DNA of 33,190 bases from Trichomonas gallinae (Eukaryota), in NCBI GenBank assembly GCA_008369845.1, contig MRSU01011470.1, positions 1 to 33,190 on the forward strand, written 5' to 3'. A program made the translations under genes and the position numbers. This document shows positions 1 to 9,636 of the stretch, one piece after another. A model generated the notes under the pieces. The model made no database searches and was not told where the DNA came from. It saw only the letters and a program-made list of their open reading frames with translations. Numbering within the stretch: position 1 is the first letter of the stretch; each line of letters begins with the position of its first letter.

Positions 1-207
1 GCTCGCTACATCCCAACAGCTGCCGCCCTCGGTGGTATCCTTGTCGCCCTCCTCTCATTCGTCGCTGACTTCCTTTCTGCCTTCGGCTCCGGCACAGGTA
101 TCATTCTTGCCGTCTCCATCATCAACCAGTTCACAGCTGAGCTCAGCAAAGAAATGGCTGGATCTGGTCTCATCGGAATCCTCAAGAACGCCGCTGGCGC
201 TCATTAA
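1..207 (+). CDS. SEC61A: Protein translocon Sec61 alpha subunit (SecY family), 3' end only; gene begins upstream of the window
   Basis: Frame 1 (missed by the ORF track) reads ARYIPTAAALGGILVALLSFVADFLSAFGSGTGIILAVSIINQFTAELSKEMAGSGLIGILKNAAGAH*. This matches the conserved TM9-TM10 signature RYIPTAAxxGG...ADFxxAxGSGTGIxLAV. C-ending codons are strongly favoured, as in highly expressed genes. TAA at 205-207. Confidence 0.95.
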   Translation, partial: ARYIPTAAALGGILVALLSFVADFLSAFGSGTGIILAVSIINQFTAELSKEMAGSGLIGILKNAAGAH

Positions 208-893
208 GAACGTCAGAATGTACCTTTTATTTTTTTATTAAACACACATATACACATCATAAAATCAGTTCATATATTCAAATTATTCACCTTCTTGCAA
301 AAAAAAAATCGTAAGATTATCTTTGTTTGTTCTCTGAATGTTTTTAAGCTAACAACGAGAATCTACCGATTAAGTTTATCTATAGTATCACCTTCATTGA
401 TAAAACACACAAATTTATTTGGAGTGCATGTGAAATTTGCAAGAACTTTTTCACAAATCATCACTTTTTCACCTGACTTCAAATTTTTGCAAAACACACA
501 AATATTCTGGGCCTTTTGATTAAGTATATAGTCATAAGAAACATGTCCGAACATATGAAATAAGACTGTTCAAGAATGATCCTAGTATGTCTAATAGCAT
601 TCTTATATGCATTTTTGTTTTGAATATCAAATAGGGAAATTTTACATTGCAGATTGTCAGATGTTTTGAAAAGTGACACAATATACATGACATTGTAAAT
701 TTACAAATGTCGGATTTTTAAGCAGGGGGTGCATCGAAATTTAACACAGATTTCATCAGACAAAAACACGCAATCTTTTGCATATATAATACATGAATGT
801 AGAGCATTTGTATGCCAAAGTTTCAAGCGCTAACTCAATCGTATAAGATGCGAAAACGAAACGAAAAATTAAATCTATACGTTTAAAATTAAA

Positions 894-1499
894 ATGAATG
901 TTTTTCAGCAAGTATTTGCGGAAGTAAGCCCACACGCTAATGATCTTTTGGCTAAGGAAGGCCATAGATCTCCACCAATCAGAATAAAAACAAATGACTT
1001 ATCAGCGACAGAAATAGGGAAAAATAAAACAGTAAACTCAGTCCGCAAAGAGATGCATGATAATACAATGAATAAGGCATCATTTGCTAAGAATGGTGCG
1101 TCATCAATGAAATCTGTAGCTGTTTATGATAGGCCAGCTTCATTTAAAGAAACAAAACCGAAATCCACCCAGCCAGTAGATGTTAAATTGAACTGTGAAA
1201 ATACTAGCAAGAGGAAATTCACGGCAGAAGAAGCGTTGATTGATCAGCAAATTAATAAACAAAAAGAAGAGCTCGCAAAGGTATTGGAGGAACTTAATCA
1301 GGTTCATGCTGAAGTGGATAAACAATTTTTAGAGTCTAAGACAATTGAACAACATAATATTGAAATCCAAAACTTTATTCAAAATAATAAGACAAAAGAA
1401 GAAAAGATTCAGGCCATTATTGTAGAATACGCTGCTAAGAGACAAGAAATAGATGAAAAATGGTCAACAAAGATTTCAAAAGTTTCAAAGTCAGTTTAA
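894..1499 (+). CDS. Hypothetical protein with C-terminal coiled coil
   Basis: 201-aa ATG-initiated ORF with a low-complexity N-half and a heptad-rich E/K/Q C-half (LIDQQINKQKEELAKVLEELNQVHAEVDKQ). Confidence 0.7.
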   Translation: MNVFQQVFAEVSPHANDLLAKEGHRSPPIRIKTNDLSATEIGKNKTVNSVRKEMHDNTMNKASFAKNGASSMKSVAVYDRPASFKETKPKSTQPVDVKLNCENTSKRKFTAEEALIDQQINKQKEELAKVLEELNQVHAEVDKQFLESKTIEQHNIEIQNFIQNNKTKEEKIQAIIVEYAAKRQEIDEKWSTKISKVSKSV

Positions 1500-1884
1500 G
1501 CTAATATGCTTCATCCACAGTCATGCATCTATATAGCTTGAATAAATTTTTAATGTGATATGTGTCAAAATGTTAAAAACATTAAAATTAAAAAAAATAC
1601 AAAATATCTAAATCATCAATAATAGAACAATACCTGGCATGATTTTAGTGAAGAACATTAATATTTTGTGTTCATAATAAATCTTTGTAATATGTTATGT
1701 AAATTGCATTTTTCTGATTAATATTATATATAGATATGAGTTAAGCAAGATTCAACATAATGAATGAACATCGAAAGAAACAGAGAATCAAGCCAAATGA
1801 AGTAGTACAATAATGTTAGAATTCATAAATTAACTAAATTGCACCATGATCTATCAACATATTTTTGATTTCATTTGTTATAGT

Positions 1885-2712
1885 TCAACTCAAAGTTGTT
1901 TCATTGAATTTGGTTTTTACGTTGACATCTATTTCGGGAACTGTGAGAAGGAGTCTGACAACTACATGATGACCATTTGCTGAAGCATAAATCAAAGCTG
2001 TATAATTGTAATTGTCTTTTGCGTTGACATTTATTCCGGGAACTGTGAGGAGGAGTTTGACAGCTTCATGATGACCTTGATTTGAAGCCCAACTCAAAGC
2101 GGTGGAATCACTTTTGTCTATACAGTCAATGTCAATGCTACTTTAGTGAAGACGTTGTGATATCCACCTTTTTCTGTCACATAAACTAATTTCCCTCTGA
2201 CGGTAAATGACATGGCTCCTTTGTTGTATTCTGTTGCAATTCTTTCGCAAATTTCGTAGATTTTATCAAAATTCTCTTCTGTTTTCGGAATCTTCTTTAA
2301 TTCTTCAATATTTTTATTTACTGACTGGTTTTCTGTCTGTGGTGTAGATGTTGGTGGTGTTTGCGCACGAACATCATGTTTTGTGCCCGTTTTTTGTAAG
2401 TTTTGTTTGATTTCCGAAGAAATTTGGCCAATTTTGGAAAATGCAGACTCAATAATGACTGCAATAGAATCTAGAATCTCAAGATGGAGGCATTGACCTA
2501 ATGAGTTGATAAATTCAACAAACTTCTTTGAGTCGAATTTGCTGCCTTCGCCAAAGTCAGATTTTCTTAAAAAGTGGACTATACTTATGTGAATGATTTT
2601 GTAGTTTAATGAACAAACATTTTCAGCATTAAAGACATGTGTATTGTTTTAGCTGTCAAATAGGGAAATTCCTTAATAATATACCAATATATCATTCTAG
2701 TTTATCATTCAT
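1885..2712 (-). pseudogene. Disrupted ankyrin-repeat gene of the same family as 21225..22538
   Basis: ATG at 2712 is followed by an early TGA. An open stretch FLRKSDFGEGSKFDSKKFVEFINSLG...NIEELKKIPKTEENFDKIYEICERIATEYNKGAMSFTVRG parallels IDFGDDTEKVLEFL and NLKELRSCKKDGSNFDRIYGILSKCAKENDVKTFKYAVSHG of the intact gene. After a stop and frameshift come clear ankyrin repeats (TALSWASNQGHHEAVKLLLTVPGINVNAKD; TALIYASANGHHVVVRLLLTVPEIDVN). Confidence 0.8.
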
Positions 2713-2855
2713 GCTCGTATTTTAAAAATTTTGGAGTTAAGGTATCATATATCCCTCACAATGTCTATCATATATATGTTATCAAATCAGTCTAACAATG
2801 AAAGAATATTTGTGTATAACCTTATTAAAATTATTCAGGGGCAGACATAATATTT

Positions 2856-5408
2856 ATGGAAGAATTAGCCCAAAATCTTTTATTTGTTTCTGAACAATTT
2901 GCCCAAAATCAACCGATTCCCAGCGATTTTGAGATACAAGCATCGAACAATATTGATGTCGGTCCACTAATTTTAGGAATTTTGTCTTTAGAAAATTTTC
3001 AATCATTGCAAACGAACCAAGTATTCGTTATTATTAGCACTGGTTTGCTTAAAACTTGGATTGCTATCAACTGGCCTTTAATAAACATTGAAACTAAGCA
3101 ACTTTTCTTCGAAACACTCCACAACTTGATTTTCAAGCCAAATCCACAGTTCATTCAATATTACGCGAACATTTTCTGCATAATTGCGTCAAAAGAAATT
3201 GAACACAGAGGTTTATACGAAGAATACATTTATGAAGTTTTGAATAATCTCGGAAATCCATCATCACTACCAAGTAATGTTGTTTTGTCATATCTCCAGA
3301 TCCTCTATTGCATCATTCTCAAATACAAATCGGAAATGAATTTTGAAACTCTCGAATTCAGCTACTTGGAGTCAAGATTTGCTACAAATATGACTTATTT
3401 CTTCATTAACCCAGAATATGTCGCTCAACAAGAAGGCGAAACCATTATGATTCTCGCATTTAAATCTTTATACTGCTTGTATCATAGGAAACCATTCCCA
3501 GAGACAATGGATAACGCTATTAATCTCGCATTCACCATCATTAGAGGCTATGTTGAGAATACTGTGCAGTTATCACCGAGACTTATTGGTTATTGCTTCA
3601 AATTTTTATATCTTGTATTCGATTTACCGACAATGGCTGAAGCTGAGGAGCTAAAACAAACATTTTTCGAAACCTCATTACACGCATTAGAATATGCACT
3701 TGAAAATAACCGTGAAAGCGATTATTTAATTAATAAAATTTTAATTGCAATCGCTTCACTTCCGCAGTATCTCTCTGAGGATGAAAACATGTTATCTCTG
3801 TTCATTTCAGCAGCCCAACCATCAGAATCTGATATTCGCGAAGCCCAATTTAATCCATCTGTTTTTATCGACCGCGCATACACTCAAGAGTCAAAGGACA
3901 GCAACGTACCAATGATGCAAGCCATAGGATTGATCTCACACATGGCAAAAAGATCAGCATCCATTGCTCAAATTATATTATCTCTTGAATCAAACGAAAC
4001 ATCATCGAGAGTACTTGCAATATGTGCCTCTTCTTTAGTAAAACACGGCCTTGCCGCTGAACTCATCCAATGGGTGTCGAATGCAGCTTCAAATGCAGAA
4101 AGTGACGATTTGTCGATGGCTTCCGTCTTGTTTTTGATGTCAAAGACAGTGAGTTTCGTTGATGACGACGCCAAGAATGAATTCCTTAATATATGTCTAC
4201 CGCTTATCGACAAAGACCGCGTGATTGTTGCTGTATGCGCATGCGAATTATTGACGAAATTAGTTCAAAACAATGTCGTCCCTCCACAAGAGATTTTCCC
4301 TCCACTGTTTTTCCTTTCTAAAGAGCTTGTTTCACCACACGCGTCCAACTGCCTCAGGGCCATTGCCAAGCACTGCCCCTCTGTCATCGGTGAGAACGCC
4401 GTCGAAATCTACGAAGAGATACTTGCATTAGTTGAAGAAGAAATCTCCCAGTTTGAAAGCGTAGACGATGGATTCGACGAAGACGATTTCGGTCAGCATC
4501 TAACCATGTTGGAGTCTATCATTACTGTTGCAGGCAAGCATGTTATAGGCGAGCGCCTGCAGAATCTTGTCGCTCACTTCCTGACATTGGAAGACGGAGA
4601 GTTCTTCGGAGAGCTCTCGAAAATAATCTGCGCGATAGTCAAAGCAGATTCGCAGTTTTCTCTCCAAATTTTGTCAATTTTGCTGCAGTCTTTCGTCAGC
4701 AATGAATGCGCGTGCGGATTCATTTCGCAGCTTTCTAAGCCATTGCTGCTATACATCAGCTTGTATCCTCATGAATTCATGTCTTCGAAGATCACGCAGA
4801 TGATCACAGAAGTGTGCATGCAAATTCTAGCATCGGGAGAAGAGAGCGAGTATATTGGTGAAATCCTTGCATGGGCCTTTGTAGCTGACAAGGAAGTTGA
4901 CTGCTCAGGAATGCTCGCTCTAGCGCAGGCGACTCTGGAAGAAGAAGGAAGCCCAGAGGAAAAGTTAATGGCGACATTTGTCATTGCTTCACTTTTCATT
5001 TCACGTGAGATTCCAATTGTCGCTGATCATGCAGCGTTGTTCTTGCAGTGGTCTAATGACGTCAAGCGTGATTCAGACAGGCAGCTCTGTATATTGGCAC
5101 TTCTCAAAGCATGCTCGATACAAGGTGTGGCTGACGAATGCTTCTTCAATGCTGCCAGAGTCTTCGCCAATGTCAAAGCGAAGCAAGTTAAAGCAAGCGA
5201 AGAGGAGGATGAAGAGGAAGAATTCGAGCCAAGCGATGATGACGATGATGAAGAAATGGACTTCTTTGAGGATGATGAAATGTCTTACGACTTCAAATCG
5301 CCTTTCGAACTGATTTCTATTGCAGAATATAGAAATGCGGCAGTAAATTTCTGTTCACAAGATTGCATTAATGCTGTTACACAGAAATTCCCTGTATTTA
5401 TGCAATAA
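2856..5408 (+). CDS. Importin-beta/karyopherin-like HEAT/ARM-repeat protein (importin-7/8/9-like), divergent
   Basis: 850-aa all-helical ORF. It has an IBN_N-like motif (STGLLKTWIAINWP), an 'SESDIREAQFNPSVFID' segment resembling the central ExxxxxxDPxxF motif, and an acidic C-terminal loop followed by 'SPFELI', as in importin-7/9. Confidence 0.65.
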   Translation: MEELAQNLLFVSEQFAQNQPIPSDFEIQASNNIDVGPLILGILSLENFQSLQTNQVFVIISTGLLKTWIAINWPLINIETKQLFFETLHNLIFKPNPQFIQYYANIFCIIASKEIEHRGLYEEYIYEVLNNLGNPSSLPSNVVLSYLQILYCIILKYKSEMNFETLEFSYLESRFATNMTYFFINPEYVAQQEGETIMILAFKSLYCLYHRKPFPETMDNAINLAFTIIRGYVENTVQLSPRLIGYCFKFLYLVFDLPTMAEAEELKQTFFETSLHALEYALENNRESDYLINKILIAIASLPQYLSEDENMLSLFISAAQPSESDIREAQFNPSVFIDRAYTQESKDSNVPMMQAIGLISHMAKRSASIAQIILSLESNETSSRVLAICASSLVKHGLAAELIQWVSNAASNAESDDLSMASVLFLMSKTVSFVDDDAKNEFLNICLPLIDKDRVIVAVCACELLTKLVQNNVVPPQEIFPPLFFLSKELVSPHASNCLRAIAKHCPSVIGENAVEIYEEILALVEEEISQFESVDDGFDEDDFGQHLTMLESIITVAGKHVIGERLQNLVAHFLTLEDGEFFGELSKIICAIVKADSQFSLQILSILLQSFVSNECACGFISQLSKPLLLYISLYPHEFMSSKITQMITEVCMQILASGEESEYIGEILAWAFVADKEVDCSGMLALAQATLEEEGSPEEKLMATFVIASLFISREIPIVADHAALFLQWSNDVKRDSDRQLCILALLKACSIQGVADECFFNAARVFANVKAKQVKASEEEDEEEEFEPSDDDDDEEMDFFEDDEMSYDFKSPFELISIAEYRNAAVNFCSQDCINAVTQKFPVFMQ

Positions 5409-5634
5409 TTAATAGAGTATATTATAGAGCTTTAAAAATAAATATTCATATGTATTATCCATTGATGTTGTGTCATATTGGTATCAAGACAAAAATTTTT
5501 TATCAATTAACATGCGAGATATGAGGGAATTATAATGGAATCTCTTTTTAGAATGATGTTTAAATATTCAAATCTGGTATAATGTATAATGTAAATTATT
5601 ATACTGTATTTAAAATAAATATTACTAATGTGAA

Positions 5635-5708
5635 GCGCCGTTGGCCCAATTGGATAAGGCGACTGCCTACGGAGCAGTAGAGTCCAGGTTCAAATCCTGG
5701 ACGGCGCG
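5635..5708 (+). tRNA. tRNA-Arg (anticodon ACG)
   Basis: Acceptor stem GCGCCGT (5635-5641) pairs with ACGGCGC (5701-5707). D-arm contains TGG. Anticodon stem ACTGC/GCAGT encloses loop CT-ACG-GA (ACG at 5669-5671). T-arm is CCAGG-TTCAAAT-CCTGG. Discriminator is G; no intron. Confidence 0.97.
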
Positions 5709-5715
5709 TTTTTTC
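5709..5715 (+). terminator. RNA polymerase III oligo-T terminator of tRNA-Arg
   Basis: Run of T immediately after the discriminator base. Confidence 0.8.
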
Positions 5716-5844
5716 TCTTTTGTTTTTTAAAAAATAAGGTTATTTGTTGAGTCAATTGTTTTAGGAGCAGGCTATTGAATGATCAAAAGTTAAATAGCTT
5801 AAATTATTTGTTTTGCAATTTCATCATTTATTTTTGATGTTGCT

Positions 5845-6516
5845 ATGATGGAACGTTTACAAAAATTGAGATGTAGATTAGAAAAGATCAACAGAGCTCG
5901 TAAACTCAATAAAATGTTGAGAGACAAAAAATCAGATAGATTACAGCAGATAAATATACTTTTAGAAGGAATAAATACCAAAAATTCTCAAAATTCGATG
6001 TATTTCCCAAAAAATCGAATACCAAAGATACATGGACTAACAAATGATGATATAACCTATTTAACAAAGTCATTTTGGTGTTTAGAAAAATCATCAAATC
6101 AAATCAATCAGCAAAATGATGAAAACACAGCAAAAATAGATATACAAGTAGGACTGAATAAGTTCACTCCTGAACAAAAGAGATTAATATGTATTTACCA
6201 CAATCTATCTACAATTCAGCAACTATCTGTTGCACAACGATTTAATCCGAATCATACGCTTGCATCAATAACAAGAGCGAATTTTCTCCCAATTAATTTA
6301 CAACTTTCATTTCATGATAAAATTCGAATCTTGATATTTCTTCTTGTATACGGGAAAAGCGTACCACTTGAAGAAATATTCCCTACTCTAAATATTAATA
6401 GAGTATCTACATTCATAAATTCGATTAAATCTGCAGAGATAGAAAATATTCCTCCAGAAACTCGACAACGCATAGATCATATAATCGCTGAATCACTTTC
6501 TCTCATCAGAAATTAA
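5845..6516 (+). CDS. Hypothetical protein
   Basis: 223-aa ATG ORF with a basic helical N-terminus. The C-terminal 'SFHDKIRILIFLLVYG' only loosely resembles SANT-like helices of chromatin remodellers, so no family is assigned. Confidence 0.6.
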   Translation: MMERLQKLRCRLEKINRARKLNKMLRDKKSDRLQQINILLEGINTKNSQNSMYFPKNRIPKIHGLTNDDITYLTKSFWCLEKSSNQINQQNDENTAKIDIQVGLNKFTPEQKRLICIYHNLSTIQQLSVAQRFNPNHTLASITRANFLPINLQLSFHDKIRILIFLLVYGKSVPLEEIFPTLNINRVSTFINSIKSAEIENIPPETRQRIDHIIAESLSLIRN

Positions 6517-6615
6517 GATAATATTCAATAACATTTAATGATATACTGTATACTCATTGAAAAATCATGCACAGAATATAAACATTGAAATTCAAATATA
6601 AAACATAAAACTTTG

Positions 6616-6859
6616 CATTATGAAGTTGTCAAACTGCTCCTCTCAGTTCCTTGTCAACATAAATAATGAAGACAACAAAACAGCTTTGATTGAGGCTTCA
6701 TATAATGGTAAATATAAAGTTTCTGGAATAGATGTGAACACAAAAAAAGGGATAACAGATTTGTATCGGACTTCATTTAATGATCATGATGATATTGCAG
6801 AAATGTTCCAACATGTAATTGCATTTAAGGATGCCAGACACCACAACTTTTTTTATTGA
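6616..6859 (+). pseudogene. Ankyrin-repeat gene relic
   Basis: HYEVVKLLLSVP (6616-6651), then a frameshift to VNINNEDNKTALIEASYNG...SGIDVNTK with internal deletions. 31/36 nt identical to the ankyrin segment at 2038-2073 (minus strand). Confidence 0.7.
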
Positions 6860-7027
6860 TGTCATAACTCATGGTAGCATTGACTAGCAAGTTTAAAACT
6901 TTATGATACTATACTAATATGCATTTTCAATTTTGACCAAATTTCCAGCAAAAAGTAAACAGATATGTTTTAAACCAGACTTTTTTACGTCAAATTATCA
7001 TATATTCTTAATATTGAAACATTTTTT

Positions 7028-9301
7028 ATGAATGAACAAAAAATCATTGATCTTATTTCTTTTTTATTGAACCCAAATTCTAATGATGACGGAAGTTTAA
7101 TGCAAGAATTTATAGATTTGCAGCCTTCTTTTGAGCTATACTCATTTCTTTTGCAAATTTTAAATTCAAATTCATCAACTTTTCAAGTTACAGCTTCCAT
7201 TCTATTGAAAAACAAACTATCTCAATATCAAAATTATGTATCTCTACTAGATATTAACACTTTATGTCAAATTATTGAAAATGCATATTCAGATCTTCAA
7301 TTTCATCTAATGAAAGTAATTTACCAAGTTGTAGACTCACATTTCATCAATAACACAGTTCAAGATTTAGTTCAATACACAGAAACAATTTTGCACGAAT
7401 TTCCTCTTTCTACAGCAATGATAATAAGGAAACTGTTGCATCCACCGATTCCTATTGGAATTATAGATGGAATCGGAGAAAGATCAGACTTAAATGACAT
7501 TTGCCTTGGATATATCAATGAATTAACAAAATTTCTTGGTAACAGCTTCAACAAGATATTTGTGCATATAATATTGAGCTGTGCACATAGAATTCTTAAC
7601 TTTTCGATGATTGAACCGATCGAAGAATGGATTTTATTAATTATAAATTCAATTTCGATAACAGAAGATAAAAATGGAACCACAGCACCATTTATCAATA
7701 AAGATGCAGCAAAATTAGCAGTATCATTAATCGAATTACAATATGATGAAGTAGAAACACATTATTTTATTGAAATTCTGAAAGCTTTAGTACAAACACA
7801 AATTACTGGTAATAATTCAGGTTTTATATCGTATGCTATTCGTTATATTACGCGTTGCATCGAAAAAGAAGAAATTTTTAATGAAATTCAAGAATTAATT
7901 CCAAGTATATGCACAACAATCATTTTGAATGAATTCAAGCTGTCTAAAAACGAGCAAGAAATGTTTGCAAATGATCCTTTTCAGTTTATTTCCTCAGTTT
8001 ATGATATATCATCGAATTTATTCGATTTTCCTAGATCTGCAGCGGCCTCTTTTCTTCAAAGCTTATCTTCTTCATATCCAGAAACTGTTCCTTTTATAAT
8101 AGAAACAATATCTATAGATAATGAAAATATTTTCCAATATGCGCAGTTTTGTTCATCAATTTTGCATAATTACGAAGAAAAAGAAGAAATTGTAGAGCAA
8201 ATTCTAGAAAACATCAAAGGAAAACTTGATGAGCAACAAATTTCATTAACGGCGCTTTTTTTATTTATTTATGAGTGTCATGTATCTTGTTCTGATGATG
8301 TACTAGATCTTTCCATTCAGTGTTTGCAGTCAGGATCAGATGTTCTCCAGTTTTTTTCAATTCTTGCAATTCAAACGATTTCATCAGAAAATGTTATTGA
8401 TAACACAGCAGGGATGTTTATTATAGAGAAGCTCATGTATCTGCTTCATAAATTTCCATGCGAAGAGTTATTTGAAGCATTTGATTTCTTTTTAGGTTAT
8501 TTTCATGAAATTGTTGCTCAAAATCCGCAGCAATGGATTAATATTATGATTGATATTGCAATTAACCATCCTGTTGATGTGTTTTCTTCAGATGTTTTCG
8601 TTGAAAATTTCAAAAAAATTTTAGAGCTCGTGCAAGAAGGCCCGATGTTAAATGAATTATGCGTTAGCTCTATAGAAAAACTAATCCACTTAGATTTCTT
8701 TGGTATTGGCCAAAGACTTGGAATAATTTTAGCATCATTATCAAAAGGAGTTTTAAATGGTTTTGAGGGTTTGGATGGATTCCCCACATACATAAGAGTG
8801 CTATTTGAGCATACTGAGATTATATTTGATTCGTTGGTTGAAATATTTTTGAATTTAAGAAATAGCGCCAATTCAATGACAGTTATTGATGAATTAGTTT
8901 CTATTTGCAGAGTAATACTGAACCATTTACATTATTTTCCGAAATCAGCAGTTTTATTCGAGATTTTATTTGTTCATTATAATTTTCGCGATGTTATTCC
9001 AGAATTCATGTCCCTTCTTGAAAGATACAATGGTCCAATGATATCTGATATCTACATCGCAATTTTTCACACTGAACCAAGTATTTTGAATGATGATTTT
9101 ATTATGAAGATTGCTGTAGAAAATTCATCATGTGTGTCATTCCTTGAACTTGCAAGGCTATTGAATCCAGATGTTCACAATGATTTTATTCAAAACAAAA
9201 TTGTAGATTGTTTAAATTCAATCAATGAGGATCATAGGATAACAATTTATGATGTAAGATCTCTATGTTCTTATTTTACATCTAGACTCAATGGTTGTTA
9301 A
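7028..9301 (+). CDS. Importin-beta/karyopherin-like HEAT protein (importin-7/11/Cse1-like), divergent
   Basis: 757-aa helical ORF. It has an IBN_N-like 'TASILLKNKL' and a central 'EQEMFANDPFQFISSVYD...PRSAAASFLQSL' matching the importin-7/8/11 motif ExxxxxxDPxEF...D...PRxAAxxxLxxL. Confidence 0.7.
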   Translation: MNEQKIIDLISFLLNPNSNDDGSLMQEFIDLQPSFELYSFLLQILNSNSSTFQVTASILLKNKLSQYQNYVSLLDINTLCQIIENAYSDLQFHLMKVIYQVVDSHFINNTVQDLVQYTETILHEFPLSTAMIIRKLLHPPIPIGIIDGIGERSDLNDICLGYINELTKFLGNSFNKIFVHIILSCAHRILNFSMIEPIEEWILLIINSISITEDKNGTTAPFINKDAAKLAVSLIELQYDEVETHYFIEILKALVQTQITGNNSGFISYAIRYITRCIEKEEIFNEIQELIPSICTTIILNEFKLSKNEQEMFANDPFQFISSVYDISSNLFDFPRSAAASFLQSLSSSYPETVPFIIETISIDNENIFQYAQFCSSILHNYEEKEEIVEQILENIKGKLDEQQISLTALFLFIYECHVSCSDDVLDLSIQCLQSGSDVLQFFSILAIQTISSENVIDNTAGMFIIEKLMYLLHKFPCEELFEAFDFFLGYFHEIVAQNPQQWINIMIDIAINHPVDVFSSDVFVENFKKILELVQEGPMLNELCVSSIEKLIHLDFFGIGQRLGIILASLSKGVLNGFEGLDGFPTYIRVLFEHTEIIFDSLVEIFLNLRNSANSMTVIDELVSICRVILNHLHYFPKSAVLFEILFVHYNFRDVIPEFMSLLERYNGPMISDIYIAIFHTEPSILNDDFIMKIAVENSSCVSFLELARLLNPDVHNDFIQNKIVDCLNSINEDHRITIYDVRSLCSYFTSRLNGC

Positions 9302-9449
9302 TCAATATTAATCCAAAAAAAATTAAATTTTTGTTTTTTATTGTATATTAGCTTAAATATAAGTCCTATTTATCATGTATATGCAAATTAAATTAGTTAG
9401 GATTGTCTATATATGTTTTTTTACGACTTTTAAAGTTATCTTTGAAAAA

Positions 9450-9608
9450 TTACATGTCAGATAATATAATTACATGACAAAAGAATTTTAAAATTTAAGG
9501 TTTAATTAATTTTGTTATATGTCATATTATAATATTACATGACAAAAAAATTAAAACAAAATTAAGGTTATATTAATGTTACATGTCAGATGATATATTT
9601 ACGTGGCA
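9450..9608 (+). repeat. 2.5-copy imperfect tandem repeat (~65-bp unit), each unit carrying two TTACATG(T/A)CA-like boxes 20 bp apart
   Basis: Units start at 9450, 9515 and 9579. Box pairs are at 9450/9470, 9515/9535 and 9579/9599, and the spacers share TTAAGGTT. Confidence 0.85.
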
Positions 9609-9636
9609 ACAACTATAAAGATAAAAAACGAATTCG

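Noticed and set aside
32..241. 69-aa Ser-rich ORF in the track
   Set aside because: Off-frame shadow of the Sec61-alpha 3' end, which is in frame 1 and stops at 207.
295..965. Short overlapping ORFs 295..519, 363..554, 479..688 and 756..965
   Set aside because: No recognisable domain. 363..554 faintly resembles the N-terminal domain of the ankyrin family, but too weakly to call.
9450..9608. CRISPR-like interpretation of the regularly spaced boxes
   Set aside because: Eukaryotic context, 10-bp repeats, spacers related to each other and no cas genes.
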